This document shows, piece after piece, positions 36,276-45,959 of a stretch of 64,000 nt of DNA. Each line of letters starts with the position of its first letter. Position 1 is the stretch's first letter. The stretch lies in the NCBI GenBank assembly GCA_964477895.1, contig CAYZFQ010000002.1, forward strand, positions 278,851-342,850. The letters run 5' to 3'. The position numbers and the translations under genes are program-made. Source of the stretch: an uncultured Bacteriovoracaceae bacterium (GTDB lineage Bacteria > Bdellovibrionota > UBA2428). Below the pieces are notes generated by a model, which was not told the origin of the DNA, made no database searches, and was given only the letters and a program-made list of their open reading frames with translations.

Positions 36276-37907
36276 TCACAACAAATCATCAGCAAAGCAC
36301 TTTTTAACTTCAATAACTTGCCGGTGATTCATGGCCTTGCCGGGGTCGGACTCAGACGAGAAATAGAAATTGGCGCTCAGTGCCATGGGTTTCTGCAATT
36401 CCCATGGCGTGTAGTGAACGAAAACACTTTCCACATTCTCCCAAGCTTTTCCAATACTCACTTCGATCTGCAAATGGCGATTAAAGCGATATTCTAGTTC
36501 ATGCTTTCCAATATTCAGCTGAGATTTGGCTAGGAAAGCTCGGTCGGCCACGGAGCGTTGAACTTCAGGACTTTTATTCTCGAAGTAATCTACCCTTCCG
36601 CTCTTGGATTTTTTTAAAGTGGCCAAACCCGCTTGGACTTTGTACCGACGCATGTCTTCATCTTTGCTCTTAAAGCAAAAAGGTTTGGGGCCAAAGCTGT
36701 GTTGCCAAGTCGCTGGGTTAAAGTCCCCTCGGAAAGTAGGAACAAAATGAAGAGGGGAATCAGGAGAAGTTTGCTGGGCCCAGTCTTTAACCACTTGAGA
36801 CATCAGTAAAGTACGAGCCTCTTTCACGGACACGCGCAAGAGTTGCTCCACAGATACTATAGAATTTTCAGCCTTCAAATCACTCAACCTGCGCCTGCAG
36901 TCGGGATGGCGTTCTTCACTGAGGGCCAAGCAGCGAGCACGGTTCACAAGCAATAAATCAAAATCCCGGACAGTGGACTCCGCTAAGAGCTTGGGGTCGG
37001 CTAAAAACTTAAGGACCTCAATTTTGCTGAGGTCTTTTTCACTAAAACCCATCACAGACTTTGAAAGTGCTAAGAGTTTTCCACTTTGGTCGAAAATGGG
37101 AAGACCTCGGGTTTCGGGAAACTTGGAATCATGGCACCCGGCCACACCCAGCACGGGGGCCTGAGAATTTAGACTGGGCAAATGCCAACTGCGTTCCACA
37201 ATTTGACATTCTTTTTCTTCAAAAGACCATTTTGTATCTGTATAAGCCATGCGCAAACTTCGTACGCGCAAGCCATCGCTCACTTCATCGCGATTTAAGA
37301 CCAAAGGGCTACGTTCCACGGATTTTTCCAGTTTCAAAATCACAAAGTCGTGGGCAAACGGAAAATCCTTGTCGGCCGGACGCACGGCACTCAATGAGAG
37401 AATTTCGCTCACGGGCAGAGTCTCGGCCGAGTAACTTCCAATGGCTGGAAAGTGCATTCGCATACGAAGCCCAAGGGAGGCTTCGCTGATTGTCATATCC
37501 GGAGCCAAGCACCCAACGGACGTGGCCACTCGATCCGCACTGAGTAAAACCGCCCCACAGTATGAAACCTTGGCTGGAATTTCCTGATTCCAAGTGGCTA
37601 AGACGCCAACTGCCGGGTGGCAGAACTTTGCTTTTTCAGAAGTGCCGCAATCGATGCGGTTCTCCGTAAGGTCCGCTGGGGGAGATTGCCAAGTTGGTTT
37701 TTTGCTTTCGGCTTGCGCGTTCGAGGCGGAATCATCCGCGGCCAATCCCGGATTCATAGCTGGGGAATGTTCTCGCACTTCGCTAAGAGAATGAGGTGGC
37801 ACAGAGATGCGATCTCGATCGCCACCTGAGCTCCGAGCTTCCATCGCAGTCTTGTCGGGGGCACAAGCAGCTAAGGCCAAAAGTAAAAGGCAATTCACGG
37901 ACTTCAT
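36276..37907 (-). CDS. Lipoprotein with a degenerate trypsin-like (S1) fold signature
   Basis: The start is set at MKSVNCLLLLALAAC (lipobox). YCGAVLLSADRVATSVGCL resembles CGGSLI..VLTAAHC but has Gly in place of His. HDFVILKLEKSV resembles the Asp102 region and GCHDSKFP resembles C.GDSGGP. The full ORF extends to 37925. Confidence 0.45.
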   Translation of the reverse strand: MKSVNCLLLLALAACAPDKTAMEARSSGGDRDRISVPPHSLSEVREHSPAMNPGLAADDSASNAQAESKKPTWQSPPADLTENRIDCGTSEKAKFCHPAVGVLATWNQEIPAKVSYCGAVLLSADRVATSVGCLAPDMTISEASLGLRMRMHFPAIGSYSAETLPVSEILSLSAVRPADKDFPFAHDFVILKLEKSVERSPLVLNRDEVSDGLRVRSLRMAYTDTKWSFEEKECQIVERSWHLPSLNSQAPVLGVAGCHDSKFPETRGLPIFDQSGKLLALSKSVMGFSEKDLSKIEVLKFLADPKLLAESTVRDFDLLLVNRARCLALSEERHPDCRRRLSDLKAENSIVSVEQLLRVSVKEARTLLMSQVVKDWAQQTSPDSPLHFVPTFRGDFNPATWQHSFGPKPFCFKSKDEDMRRYKVQAGLATLKKSKSGRVDYFENKSPEVQRSVADRAFLAKSQLNIGKHELEYRFNRHLQIEVSIGKAWENVESVFVHYTPWELQKPMALSANFYFSSESDPGKAMNHRQVIEVKKCFADDLL

Positions 37908-38029
37908 CACGACAATAAAATGCAAGGCTTATGCCGGGCTAAGGGGCTAAAAGCATTCAAGCGGAAGCTCTCAATACGTATAAGGATTGGACAGCCTGTT
38001 GGCAAAAAAGGGAGGTTTTTTGACTTCGA

Positions 38030-38045
38030 CCTTCCGAAAGGAAGG
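38030..38045 (+). promoter_or_regulatory. 5'-UTR hairpin overlapping the RBS
   Basis: CCTTCC-GAAA-GGAAGG is a 6-bp stem with a GNRA loop. Its 3' arm runs into the GGAAGGAG Shine-Dalgarno sequence of the ATG at 38063. Confidence 0.4.
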
Positions 38046-38062
38046 AGCTAGAATTATAAAAC

Positions 38063-38539
38063 ATGCCACGTCTTAGAAATTCCATCCCGAAGATTCGCCT
38101 GATCATTTCTTTTTCTCTCGTGGCTCTGCTTTCAAGCTCTTGTCGCTTTGCGGGAGTTTGCACCTCGAGCGCTGAAGAATGTCAGCGGGAAGAAGCTCAG
38201 TGGAATGGCGAAAGCACCACGGGGGACTGCACCAACGGTGCGCTCAAGGGACGATGGGGCATTAATGATTCCTACATTACATTTAAAAGTGACTGTAGTT
38301 TCGTATCCAACCGCTGCACTAGTATCACTGGTTCCTATGCTTACACGAGTTCGGCGACTCTTCTCGACTTCGACCTAAGTACCTCGAGCGACACTACACT
38401 TTGCCCTCTCGCCAACTACACTTGTACCGTGTCAAAAAGCGGAACTCTTCTCACTCTAACTTGCTCCAAAGCATCCGACGCCACTGCTACTAAAATCATA
38501 TTTACCGACTACACCTTTCAAACAGCCACCGTGGATTAA
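38063..38539 (+). CDS. Small Cys/Thr/Ser-rich secreted or lipoprotein
   Basis: 158 aa with the hydrophobic N-terminus IRLIISFSLVALLSSSC and several conserved-looking Cys residues. Confidence 0.5.
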   Translation: MPRLRNSIPKIRLIISFSLVALLSSSCRFAGVCTSSAEECQREEAQWNGESTTGDCTNGALKGRWGINDSYITFKSDCSFVSNRCTSITGSYAYTSSATLLDFDLSTSSDTTLCPLANYTCTVSKSGTLLTLTCSKASDATATKIIFTDYTFQTATVD

Positions 38540-38570
38540 CAAGGACTTAGAATCAGCCCCCCAATCCTCC

Positions 38571-38605
38571 GTCCGAAATTCGGGAAAAAGTCCGAATTTC
38601 AGGAC
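38571..38605 (+). terminator. Long stem-loop downstream of 38063..38539
   Basis: GTCCGAAATTCGG-GAAAAAGT-CCGAATTTCAGGAC forms a 13-bp stem with one bulge. It is followed by TAAATTT, only a weak U-tract. Confidence 0.4.
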
Positions 38606-38683
38606 TAAATTTCATGAAAAACCCTAGTAAATTAATTGCTTAGCCCTTAGCGTTATGGAATAAATGGCAAAGAAATTCCCACA

Positions 38684-40114
38684 ATGAAATTTATAAAAAA
38701 GGCTTTTTTTTTCTTAGTCCTCATCACGAACAGCGCCACTCTTTGGGCCCTGCCCATCATTCGAATGAACGTAGATGCATTGCCCTACACACTGGAACCT
38801 TCCAAAGTTGCCGACACCATTGCGGCCTGGGTGATGGACCAAGTGGGACAACGATTGGTCAACACCGAAGCCTCGGGTGTGGTCTCTGGCAGCCTCGCCA
38901 AAAAATGGGAGATATCCGCAGACGGCCGTCTCTATATTTTTGACCTTGATCCCGGAGCCAAATTTTCAGACGGCAGCTCGGTCACAAGCCAAGACATTAT
39001 TCGGACCTTGGAAAATGTGAAAAAGAACTTTACGCGGGGTTATGTGTCCCACTTCACAAGTCAGATTCAAAACCTCAAAGCCCTCTCGCCCACCCGGCTT
39101 CGTATCCAACTTAAAAAACGCCAACCTGCCTTTTTAGCGGTACTTTCAGCTCCCATGTTTACGGTTTCCAAAACTTGTGGAGCCATTCCCTGTTTCAGCG
39201 GAGCCTTCGATATTGTGGCCCACGAAAAAGACAGCTTAGACTTGCGTCGGCGCCACGACGGCCAAACTTTTCGCCTCCAACAACTTTCATTTGAGGATGC
39301 CGAGGACAAATTTAAAAAAAACGAACTGGATATCTTGCGAAGCTATAGCCTCATGCACCTGAGCCGGGTCCGCGCAGCCTCTACGGAAAAAATCGTGGTC
39401 AATGATGAACGCAGTTACTTTATCGCTTTGAACTCGCGATCCCCCCTCTTTAACACCTCAGCTAAGCGCGCTGATTTTGTGGCTAAGATAAATTTTACCG
39501 AGCTCAAGAAAAATTTAAAGGATCTGAATTTAGAATACAGCCCCTCTCTAGTGGCGCCCTCCTTTTCCTTAGGTAAAAGCTTTGATGAAAGTGTCCACTC
39601 GCATCCGCCGACTTCGACTTTTAAATCTCCTCGATTGCCCGTTTTCGTCTCCCCCCTTGAGCAAGAATTGGGTCCCCTCACTTCTGCCATTTTTAAAAAT
39701 ATTCCCGTTAAGCTCGAGAACTTGCCCAAGAATGAGGCCATCAAACGCTACCTAGATAAAACCTACGACGGTGTCGTTATGGGCTTTGGGGCCAGCGTCA
39801 AAGACTTTGAAATTTTCTCCATTTTTTTCCACTCCACATCCCTATTTAATCTGGCGCAGGTGAACTCCAAGACCGTAGACAAGCTCTTTCAAAAATCTTG
39901 GAACGAAGAGAACCCCAGGGAGCGCTTCAAGTATGTAGAAGATGTCTTAACCCTCAATCAGAAGCAACATTGGTATCTTCCTCTAGCTCACTCTCCATTG
40001 ATATTTGCTTTGGCTCCGACTTTAAACATCGAAGGGAAAACGATGGGTCAAGACCTCTTTGTTCCTTCCTCTAATTTGGATTTGGAAAAAATCTCACGGA
40101 GGTCTTCCCAGTGA
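38684..40114 (+). CDS. Periplasmic solute-binding protein, family 5 (peptide/nickel type)
   Basis: A signal peptide is present. LVNTEASGVVSGSLAKKWEISADGRLYIFDLDPGAKFSDGSSVTSQDIIRTLE matches the SBP_bac_5 N-lobe pattern. No ABC permease or ATPase genes are nearby. Confidence 0.78.
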   Translation: MKFIKKAFFFLVLITNSATLWALPIIRMNVDALPYTLEPSKVADTIAAWVMDQVGQRLVNTEASGVVSGSLAKKWEISADGRLYIFDLDPGAKFSDGSSVTSQDIIRTLENVKKNFTRGYVSHFTSQIQNLKALSPTRLRIQLKKRQPAFLAVLSAPMFTVSKTCGAIPCFSGAFDIVAHEKDSLDLRRRHDGQTFRLQQLSFEDAEDKFKKNELDILRSYSLMHLSRVRAASTEKIVVNDERSYFIALNSRSPLFNTSAKRADFVAKINFTELKKNLKDLNLEYSPSLVAPSFSLGKSFDESVHSHPPTSTFKSPRLPVFVSPLEQELGPLTSAIFKNIPVKLENLPKNEAIKRYLDKTYDGVVMGFGASVKDFEIFSIFFHSTSLFNLAQVNSKTVDKLFQKSWNEENPRERFKYVEDVLTLNQKQHWYLPLAHSPLIFALAPTLNIEGKTMGQDLFVPSSNLDLEKISRRSSQ

Positions 40115-42123
40115 AAACTTTGTCGGCCCGCGCGATTATTGCCAGCCTCACCATCACCACCATCCTCATCTTTCTCTTCGGAAGCAGCGTCCTCTGGCTG
40201 CGAGTCAATCGCAGTGTAAAAGTGGCCGCAGCACACCAGGAAGCGCAACTTTTGGGCCGTTCCTTGAATGCGCTATTGGCCAATGAGCTTTTAACAGGAA
40301 ATTTGTTTTCCGCTTCGGAACGTTTGAAATTCATGGTTAGCAGCACCCGACTTAACGATTTTTGCGTGGAAGTGAGCAACCGCGAGAAAATCATGGTCCT
40401 TGAGTACAGATCTTCGGGTGCTTGCTCGTCTCAAGGGGAGGCCCTGGAAATACAAGAAAAAGTGCTCTTTAATAACTCGGGTGCGGAAGCGGCCTACATC
40501 ATTTCCATCCGTTACTTACCCAGGACCTTCCAATCTTCTGCAAGAGAACTTTTGTCTCTCCTTAAACCCACATCATTGGGACTCATTCTTTTATTTTTGT
40601 TTTCCATATTGATCCCACTCTTTTTACTATGGCGATTTGGCAATTGGGTATTTCGAACGGCTACCCGCATCGTTGAGGGGCAAAAAGATGCACGAGCTCC
40701 CCGCCTTGGGACTTTTGAAATTCAAGAACTCACGAGCATTTGGAAAGCCCAACAAAAGCTCAACAATTCCATCCAAAGCCATGCCGTGAAGGCCATGGCC
40801 TCCCAAGTGGCTCACGACATTCGCTCGCCGTTGGCTGCCTTAGACAGTGTAGTGGGGAACCTGGACCAGTTTCCCGAGGAAAAGAGACTTATCGTGCGCA
40901 ACAGCGTGGGCCGAATTCGCGACATTGCCAACAACCTTTTGCAAAAGCAGGTGCTGGATCTTTTGAGCTCCGACAACTCCCGATCCACCGTATCGCTGCA
41001 GTTTCTCTCAAACTTAATCGACCCTCTCATCAGCGAAAAACGTACAGAGTTTCGCAGCAAAATCAACGTGGATATTGAATGGCATCTGGGAGTGGGTTCC
41101 TATGGCGCTTTCGCGGAAGTGGAGGCCATGGAATTTCGGCGCCTCCTTTCGAGCTTGATCGATGATGCTGTAGAATCCTTGCCCAACCAAAAAGGTCGGG
41201 TCCGCATTTCTCTGGAAGCCTCAGAGCTCAGCGACATTGTGCAAATCCAAATTTCTGATAACGGACCCAATATTTCTTTAAAAAACGAGAGAATAGTCAA
41301 AGCCCAGCAAAAGCTCGCCTTGTGGAGGGGGCAAATCACGGTCAAATCAGAAGGGGCGGCTGGCACGAGGGTCCTTCTGGAGCTACCAAAGAAAGATCCC
41401 CCCACTTGGTTTGTGAGTAAAATTTGGATGGAACGCAAATCCCGATTGGTCATTGTGGATGATGACTCGAGCATTCACAGCATTTGGCGCGGTCGATTTC
41501 AGAGCATGAATGCCTCGGCGCAAACTGAGCTTGTGCACCTTTCCACTCCCGAACAATTTACCGACTGGGTGCAGACCCACCCCGAGGGACTGCCCACTCT
41601 CTTTTTAGTAGACTATGAATTTTTAGGCTCCGAGAAAAACGGATTGGATTTAATCCAAGATCTAAAAATTGCTGAGCGTTCGATTTTGGTCACAAGCCGC
41701 TTTGACGAAAGACACATTCTGAGTCGATGTGAAGACCTCGGAGTGCGCCTTATCCCCAAAGGTATGGCAAGTGCTGTCCCCATCGAGATCACGGCCTTGG
41801 TAGCGGACCCTGTGGATGCCGTTCTCATCGACGATGACCCCCTCACCCTAGCTTCGTGGAAAATGGCGGCCGACTTACAACATAAAAAAATTCGCTGCTT
41901 TGCTGAACCCAATGAGTTCATTGCCAAACAAGGAGAATTTTCTAAAGACAGTCCGATTTATATCGACGTCAATTTGGGACGAAACATTTCTGGAGTCGAT
42001 GTGGCTAAAAGGGTTTTTGCCTTAGGCTTTCGAAACCTCTACCTCTCCACAGGGTATTCGGCCTCCGATTTTAGCGAATTAACGTTTTTAAAGGGAGTGG
42101 TGGGGAAATCCCCACCCTTTTAG
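40111..42123 (+). CDS. Hybrid sensor histidine kinase with two receiver-like domains
   Basis: A GTGA overlap links it to the SBP gene. It has two TM helices and the H-box QVAHDIRSPLAAL. The ATPase region (ISDNGPNI...) has a weak G2 box. The receiver-like segments are LVIVDDDSSIH...LFLVDYEF and AVLIDDDPLT...IYIDVNL. Confidence 0.78.
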   Translation: MKTLSARAIIASLTITTILIFLFGSSVLWLRVNRSVKVAAAHQEAQLLGRSLNALLANELLTGNLFSASERLKFMVSSTRLNDFCVEVSNREKIMVLEYRSSGACSSQGEALEIQEKVLFNNSGAEAAYIISIRYLPRTFQSSARELLSLLKPTSLGLILLFLFSILIPLFLLWRFGNWVFRTATRIVEGQKDARAPRLGTFEIQELTSIWKAQQKLNNSIQSHAVKAMASQVAHDIRSPLAALDSVVGNLDQFPEEKRLIVRNSVGRIRDIANNLLQKQVLDLLSSDNSRSTVSLQFLSNLIDPLISEKRTEFRSKINVDIEWHLGVGSYGAFAEVEAMEFRRLLSSLIDDAVESLPNQKGRVRISLEASELSDIVQIQISDNGPNISLKNERIVKAQQKLALWRGQITVKSEGAAGTRVLLELPKKDPPTWFVSKIWMERKSRLVIVDDDSSIHSIWRGRFQSMNASAQTELVHLSTPEQFTDWVQTHPEGLPTLFLVDYEFLGSEKNGLDLIQDLKIAERSILVTSRFDERHILSRCEDLGVRLIPKGMASAVPIEITALVADPVDAVLIDDDPLTLASWKMAADLQHKKIRCFAEPNEFIAKQGEFSKDSPIYIDVNLGRNISGVDVAKRVFALGFRNLYLSTGYSASDFSELTFLKGVVGKSPPF

Positions 42124-44150
42124 TTTTGTAGAGAGTCGATATATTTCAAAAAGCCCTTAGTACTCGGCGCTTGTCCCAAAAATCTTCGCAGACTTTCTTT
42201 GGTATCCACCATTTTCCCCGTCTCTAGAATATTTTTTCGGTAAGAAGCCCCTGTTTTAGGGTTCAACAGTCCCTCTTTTTGAAAGCGCGTGAACATCTCA
42301 TGAGAAAAGGCTTCCGACCAGGTGTAGCCGTAGTAACCCGCATCATAGCCGCCCATGCTATGAGAGAAGGTGGCCGGGAAAAAGCCTTCTTTCATGGGTT
42401 CAATGCCCGACAAATCCCGAAACACTTTAAGATAGACGGCCTTAGGATCCACCACTCCTGAGGCTGTGTGAATCTGCATGTCGTAGAGCGCGAAAATAAG
42501 TTGCCGCGTGTAAAAATAGCCCTTGCCGGCATCTCGAGATTTCAAAAGATTTATGAGTTGATCTTGAGGCAATTTTTCGGAGGGACGCAAATAATGAGAA
42601 GAAATCTGCGAAAGAATCTTTGGATCCCAAACCCAGTTCTCCAACATCTGGGAAGGGGCCTCGACAAAGTCTTCTGCCACGGACGTTCCTGAGAGGCTGG
42701 CGTATTTAGCGCGCGTTAAAACCTGATGAACGATGTGCCCAAACTCGTGGAAGAAAGTTTCCACGTCGTCTTGGCTCAGCAGGGCGGGCCGCCCCCCGCC
42801 TGGAGGTTGAAAATTGGCGGCGATCGCTGATATCGGCTTCACATAGCTTCCGTCTTTTTCTCGTCCCATTCGGAAGGGAAAAGCCGCCGCATGTCCATAC
42901 TTGCCTTCGCGGGGATATAAATCCATAAAAAACCACCCCACCGTATCGCCCTTGCCGTGGTTTGAAATTTTATAAAGCTTCACTCCGGGCGCCCAAACAT
43001 CCACATCTTTCATCTCTACAATGTCGATGCCAAGAAGTTGGGAGTAAATTCCAAAGATGGCGTCGATGGTGGGGTCCGCGGGAAAATACTCCCGAATTTT
43101 TTCCGCATCGTAGGCAAAATCTTGGCGTTTTAAATTTTCGTCGTAGTATTTCAAGTCCCAGGCATGGAGTTCAGGGTCCTGGGGCTCCCAAACTTTTTTC
43201 AGGGCCCGCATGCGATCTACCCGACGGCGATTGGCCTGCGCCACCTTGGTGCGCAGCCCATTGAGAAAGCCCATCACCTCAGCAGAACTCTTGGCCATTC
43301 GCCCTTGAATGCGATAATCGGCCCACGTTTTGTAGCCCATTCTCTTGGCAATTTCCGCTCGTAGGGCCACGGCACGGGTGATCAGGGGCATATTGGCGCT
43401 AGCGGCGCGACTGTCCCAGGCCAAAGCCAATTTGCGCCGAGTCGCACTGCGCTTGGCATTTTCAATGATGGCCGAGTAATTGGCGCCGTTGAGGGGCACA
43501 AAAACTCGCCCCTCTTTTACTTCGAAATTTGCAAAGTAGGATGCCGGTACGCCTTCAAGTTCATCCTTAGTAAAATCTACTACCGTTTTATCGGCATTGA
43601 GGTTGCTTGCAAAATCTGTAGATAGCGCACTCAGTTCCGCTTTGAGTTTTTTGACCACGGCCAATTGATCATCGGGCAAGTGTAAACCATTTCGCTCAAA
43701 GGCCAGAATGGTTTCGCGATAAAGAACCTTTTCATCCGGCCCCGACACTTTAGATTTTTTAAGAACAGCATAGAGATCTTTACGAGTGCTTAATTCAACG
43801 GCAAAGAGAGAAGCCCGCTTCTCACATTCTTGAGAATCTTTGCGAAGCTCGGCATCAGGTGAAAAGGCGTAAAGTTGCTGCAAAGGGAATTGCTCTTCCA
43901 TAAAGTTTGCCACAGCATTTTCATAGCGCAGCAGGGAAGATAGGCCCTTGGATGAGGGATTTTTTACGATTTCATTCACCGTATCGTCCATTTTCTTGAT
44001 CGAGGAGTTGCAAAGTGCCAGTAGCTCACCTTTGGCATAGCGAAAACGAAAAATTGTTTCCCGAGTGTCACCTGCGCTCGTCATTTTTTTAGAATGCGAG
44101 CATGCCATAAGCAAAGTCGCGAGTGAGAACACCAAAGATCTAAAATTCAT
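42120..44150 (-). CDS. M3-family zinc metallopeptidase (oligopeptidase/Dcp-like), lipoprotein
   Basis: 676 aa with the lipobox LLMAC, the HEXXH motif FFHEFGHIVH and a downstream E in VEAPSQMLE. Confidence 0.9.
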   Translation of the reverse strand: MNFRSLVFSLATLLMACSHSKKMTSAGDTRETIFRFRYAKGELLALCNSSIKKMDDTVNEIVKNPSSKGLSSLLRYENAVANFMEEQFPLQQLYAFSPDAELRKDSQECEKRASLFAVELSTRKDLYAVLKKSKVSGPDEKVLYRETILAFERNGLHLPDDQLAVVKKLKAELSALSTDFASNLNADKTVVDFTKDELEGVPASYFANFEVKEGRVFVPLNGANYSAIIENAKRSATRRKLALAWDSRAASANMPLITRAVALRAEIAKRMGYKTWADYRIQGRMAKSSAEVMGFLNGLRTKVAQANRRRVDRMRALKKVWEPQDPELHAWDLKYYDENLKRQDFAYDAEKIREYFPADPTIDAIFGIYSQLLGIDIVEMKDVDVWAPGVKLYKISNHGKGDTVGWFFMDLYPREGKYGHAAAFPFRMGREKDGSYVKPISAIAANFQPPGGGRPALLSQDDVETFFHEFGHIVHQVLTRAKYASLSGTSVAEDFVEAPSQMLENWVWDPKILSQISSHYLRPSEKLPQDQLINLLKSRDAGKGYFYTRQLIFALYDMQIHTASGVVDPKAVYLKVFRDLSGIEPMKEGFFPATFSHSMGGYDAGYYGYTWSEAFSHEMFTRFQKEGLLNPKTGASYRKNILETGKMVDTKESLRRFLGQAPSTKGFLKYIDSLQN

Positions 44151-44163
44151 ACGCCCCCCAAAG

Positions 44164-44178
44164 CGTATAGACTATACG
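44164..44178. promoter_or_regulatory. 15-bp palindrome upstream of the M3 peptidase gene
   Basis: CGTATAG-A-CTATACG has 7-bp perfect arms. It lies 14 nt upstream of the start at 44150 and overlaps a TATAGT -10-like hexamer on the minus strand. Confidence 0.35.
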
Positions 44179-44194
44179 AGACCCGCCTTAATAT

Positions 44195-45175
44195 CTAGGC
44201 AGCCCGCGAGGCACGACCCACACGCTGTAAATAATCCATGCGGCGCAAAAGAGGAGCCAGCTCCTCCATGTAGCCCAGGAGGTCGGCCGCCAACTGCTGG
44301 GTCTCAGGGCCCCAGGCCATCTGAGAGTAAAGATTCACATAGAGTGTGATTTTATCGCCTGTAAAAACCGGGATCGAAGCCACTGCCGCAAAAATCTCGC
44401 CAGCTCTAGATTTTGCCTTTTTTAAATCATTTATTACAAATGCTTGGCCCCGCAGGGACTGCTGTAGGGTTTCCGGCAATTCTCGGGTACCGTGAGTTTC
44501 GGGCAAAAATTTTTGCGCCGAGGTGTTGATGAGTTCATGGCAGCGCTGAGGAGGGAACTGTATCGAGGGATCCTCTGTGCCCAGTGAGCCCACAACCAAA
44601 GCCAGACTCTCTTTCTGTTCTTCAAGGACCTGGTTAAAAATTTCCTGAAGCCGCGCTTTCAAAAACTGCAAGCTTGAAGTGGCGACCTCAAGTTCTTTTT
44701 GACCAAGTTTGGGCCAATTTCGGCGCAAACGAAATTTGATGTCGGGCGCGAGGAATGTGAGTGCTTCGTCCACATCAATTTTCAGATGTTTTTTTAAGGT
44801 GAGCGCGAGGTATCCCGCCAAAAATGGGTAAGTGAGAACCTCAGCCACTTTAAGATCTGCGCACTTTTGAAGAAAAGTTTTCTGGGGGCTACGAGTGGCC
44901 ACAACCCAAGGACAAGTGGACTCACCCCGACATTGAGTCAGGTTCCGCAAAGTTTCTTCGTTTGATTCATGAAATAAAAAAACCAGAGCGCAGTCAGCGG
45001 CCTGGCTCAGCTCCTCGAGCTCCTGCCAGTTTACAGCTGCTTCTACACGATAGCCTTCTTTCTCAAAGCCGATTTTTAAAAAACGAAAGTCCTCATTCTT
45101 AAGTCCAAAGAAGACCAAAAGTCCTTTTGTATTGGGATTGTGCACCAAAGAAGATATCGGAGTTTCCATCCCCAC
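44195..45175 (-). CDS. Hypothetical protein with a receiver-like N-terminal domain lacking the usual acidic residues
   Basis: 326 aa. The N-terminal about 125 aa have a beta-alpha pattern (LLVFFGLKNED...ALVFLFHES...VVATRS) but no DD pair or phospho-acceptor Asp in the expected places. Confidence 0.45.
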   Translation of the reverse strand: MGMETPISSLVHNPNTKGLLVFFGLKNEDFRFLKIGFEKEGYRVEAAVNWQELEELSQAADCALVFLFHESNEETLRNLTQCRGESTCPWVVATRSPQKTFLQKCADLKVAEVLTYPFLAGYLALTLKKHLKIDVDEALTFLAPDIKFRLRRNWPKLGQKELEVATSSLQFLKARLQEIFNQVLEEQKESLALVVGSLGTEDPSIQFPPQRCHELINTSAQKFLPETHGTRELPETLQQSLRGQAFVINDLKKAKSRAGEIFAAVASIPVFTGDKITLYVNLYSQMAWGPETQQLAADLLGYMEELAPLLRRMDYLQRVGRASRAA

Positions 45176-45251
45176 TCTTGAGTCTTTGCTGTAATTTCGG
45201 CTAGTCTACGAAGGTGATCCCGTCAGGATATTGACACCGAAAGGACCTCCC

Positions 45252-45950
45252 ATGAAAATCATTCAATCTCGAGACCGAGGCCTGAGCAAAACGGCCTGGC
45301 TTCATAGCCAACACAGCTTTTCCTTTGGGGATTACCTCAATCCTGACCTGCGCAATTTTAGCGTCCTTCGAGTGATCAACGAAGATCGGGTAATTGCAGG
45401 AGCGGGTTTTCCGGCCCATTCCCACAAAGACATGGAAATTATCTCCTTAGTCCGCGAAGGCGTGCTCGAACACAAAGACAGCTTGGGCACGCACTCGCGA
45501 ATTCACCCGGGAGAAATCCAAATTATGAGTGCGGGCCAGGGCATTACCCATAGTGAGTGGAATCCCGACCCCAAAAACGAAGTGCACTTTTTACAGATTT
45601 GGATCATGCCCGCACAAAAGAATTTGCAGCCCGGCTATGCTCAAGTCCGCTATACTGACCCTAAAGAGGGACCCGCTCTTTTGGCCGCCCCCACTCCGCA
45701 AGCCAATACGGTGCCGGTGCACCAGGACATGCGCCTTTGGCTTATCTCTGGAGAAAAGCCCGAGATGAAAAGTCTTGGCCTAAAAAGTGACCGACCCCTT
45801 TTTATACAAATTTTGGAAGGCGAAGTGACGGTGGGGGGACATGCTCTTAAGCGCGGAGACGGCGTAGGTTTGAATGGGGCTAAGGAATGGGCCCAAACCG
45901 AAATTTCAAATTCAGCCCTCTTTCTTCTCTTTGACCTCCCTTCGGTATAA
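45252..45950 (+). CDS. Pirin-family protein
   Basis: WLHSQHSFSFGDY and FPAHSHKDMEIISLVREG form the cupin metal site. The start is set at MKIIQSR. Confidence 0.9.
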   Translation: MKIIQSRDRGLSKTAWLHSQHSFSFGDYLNPDLRNFSVLRVINEDRVIAGAGFPAHSHKDMEIISLVREGVLEHKDSLGTHSRIHPGEIQIMSAGQGITHSEWNPDPKNEVHFLQIWIMPAQKNLQPGYAQVRYTDPKEGPALLAAPTPQANTVPVHQDMRLWLISGEKPEMKSLGLKSDRPLFIQILEGEVTVGGHALKRGDGVGLNGAKEWAQTEISNSALFLLFDLPSV

Positions 45951-45959
45951 GATCCCAAT

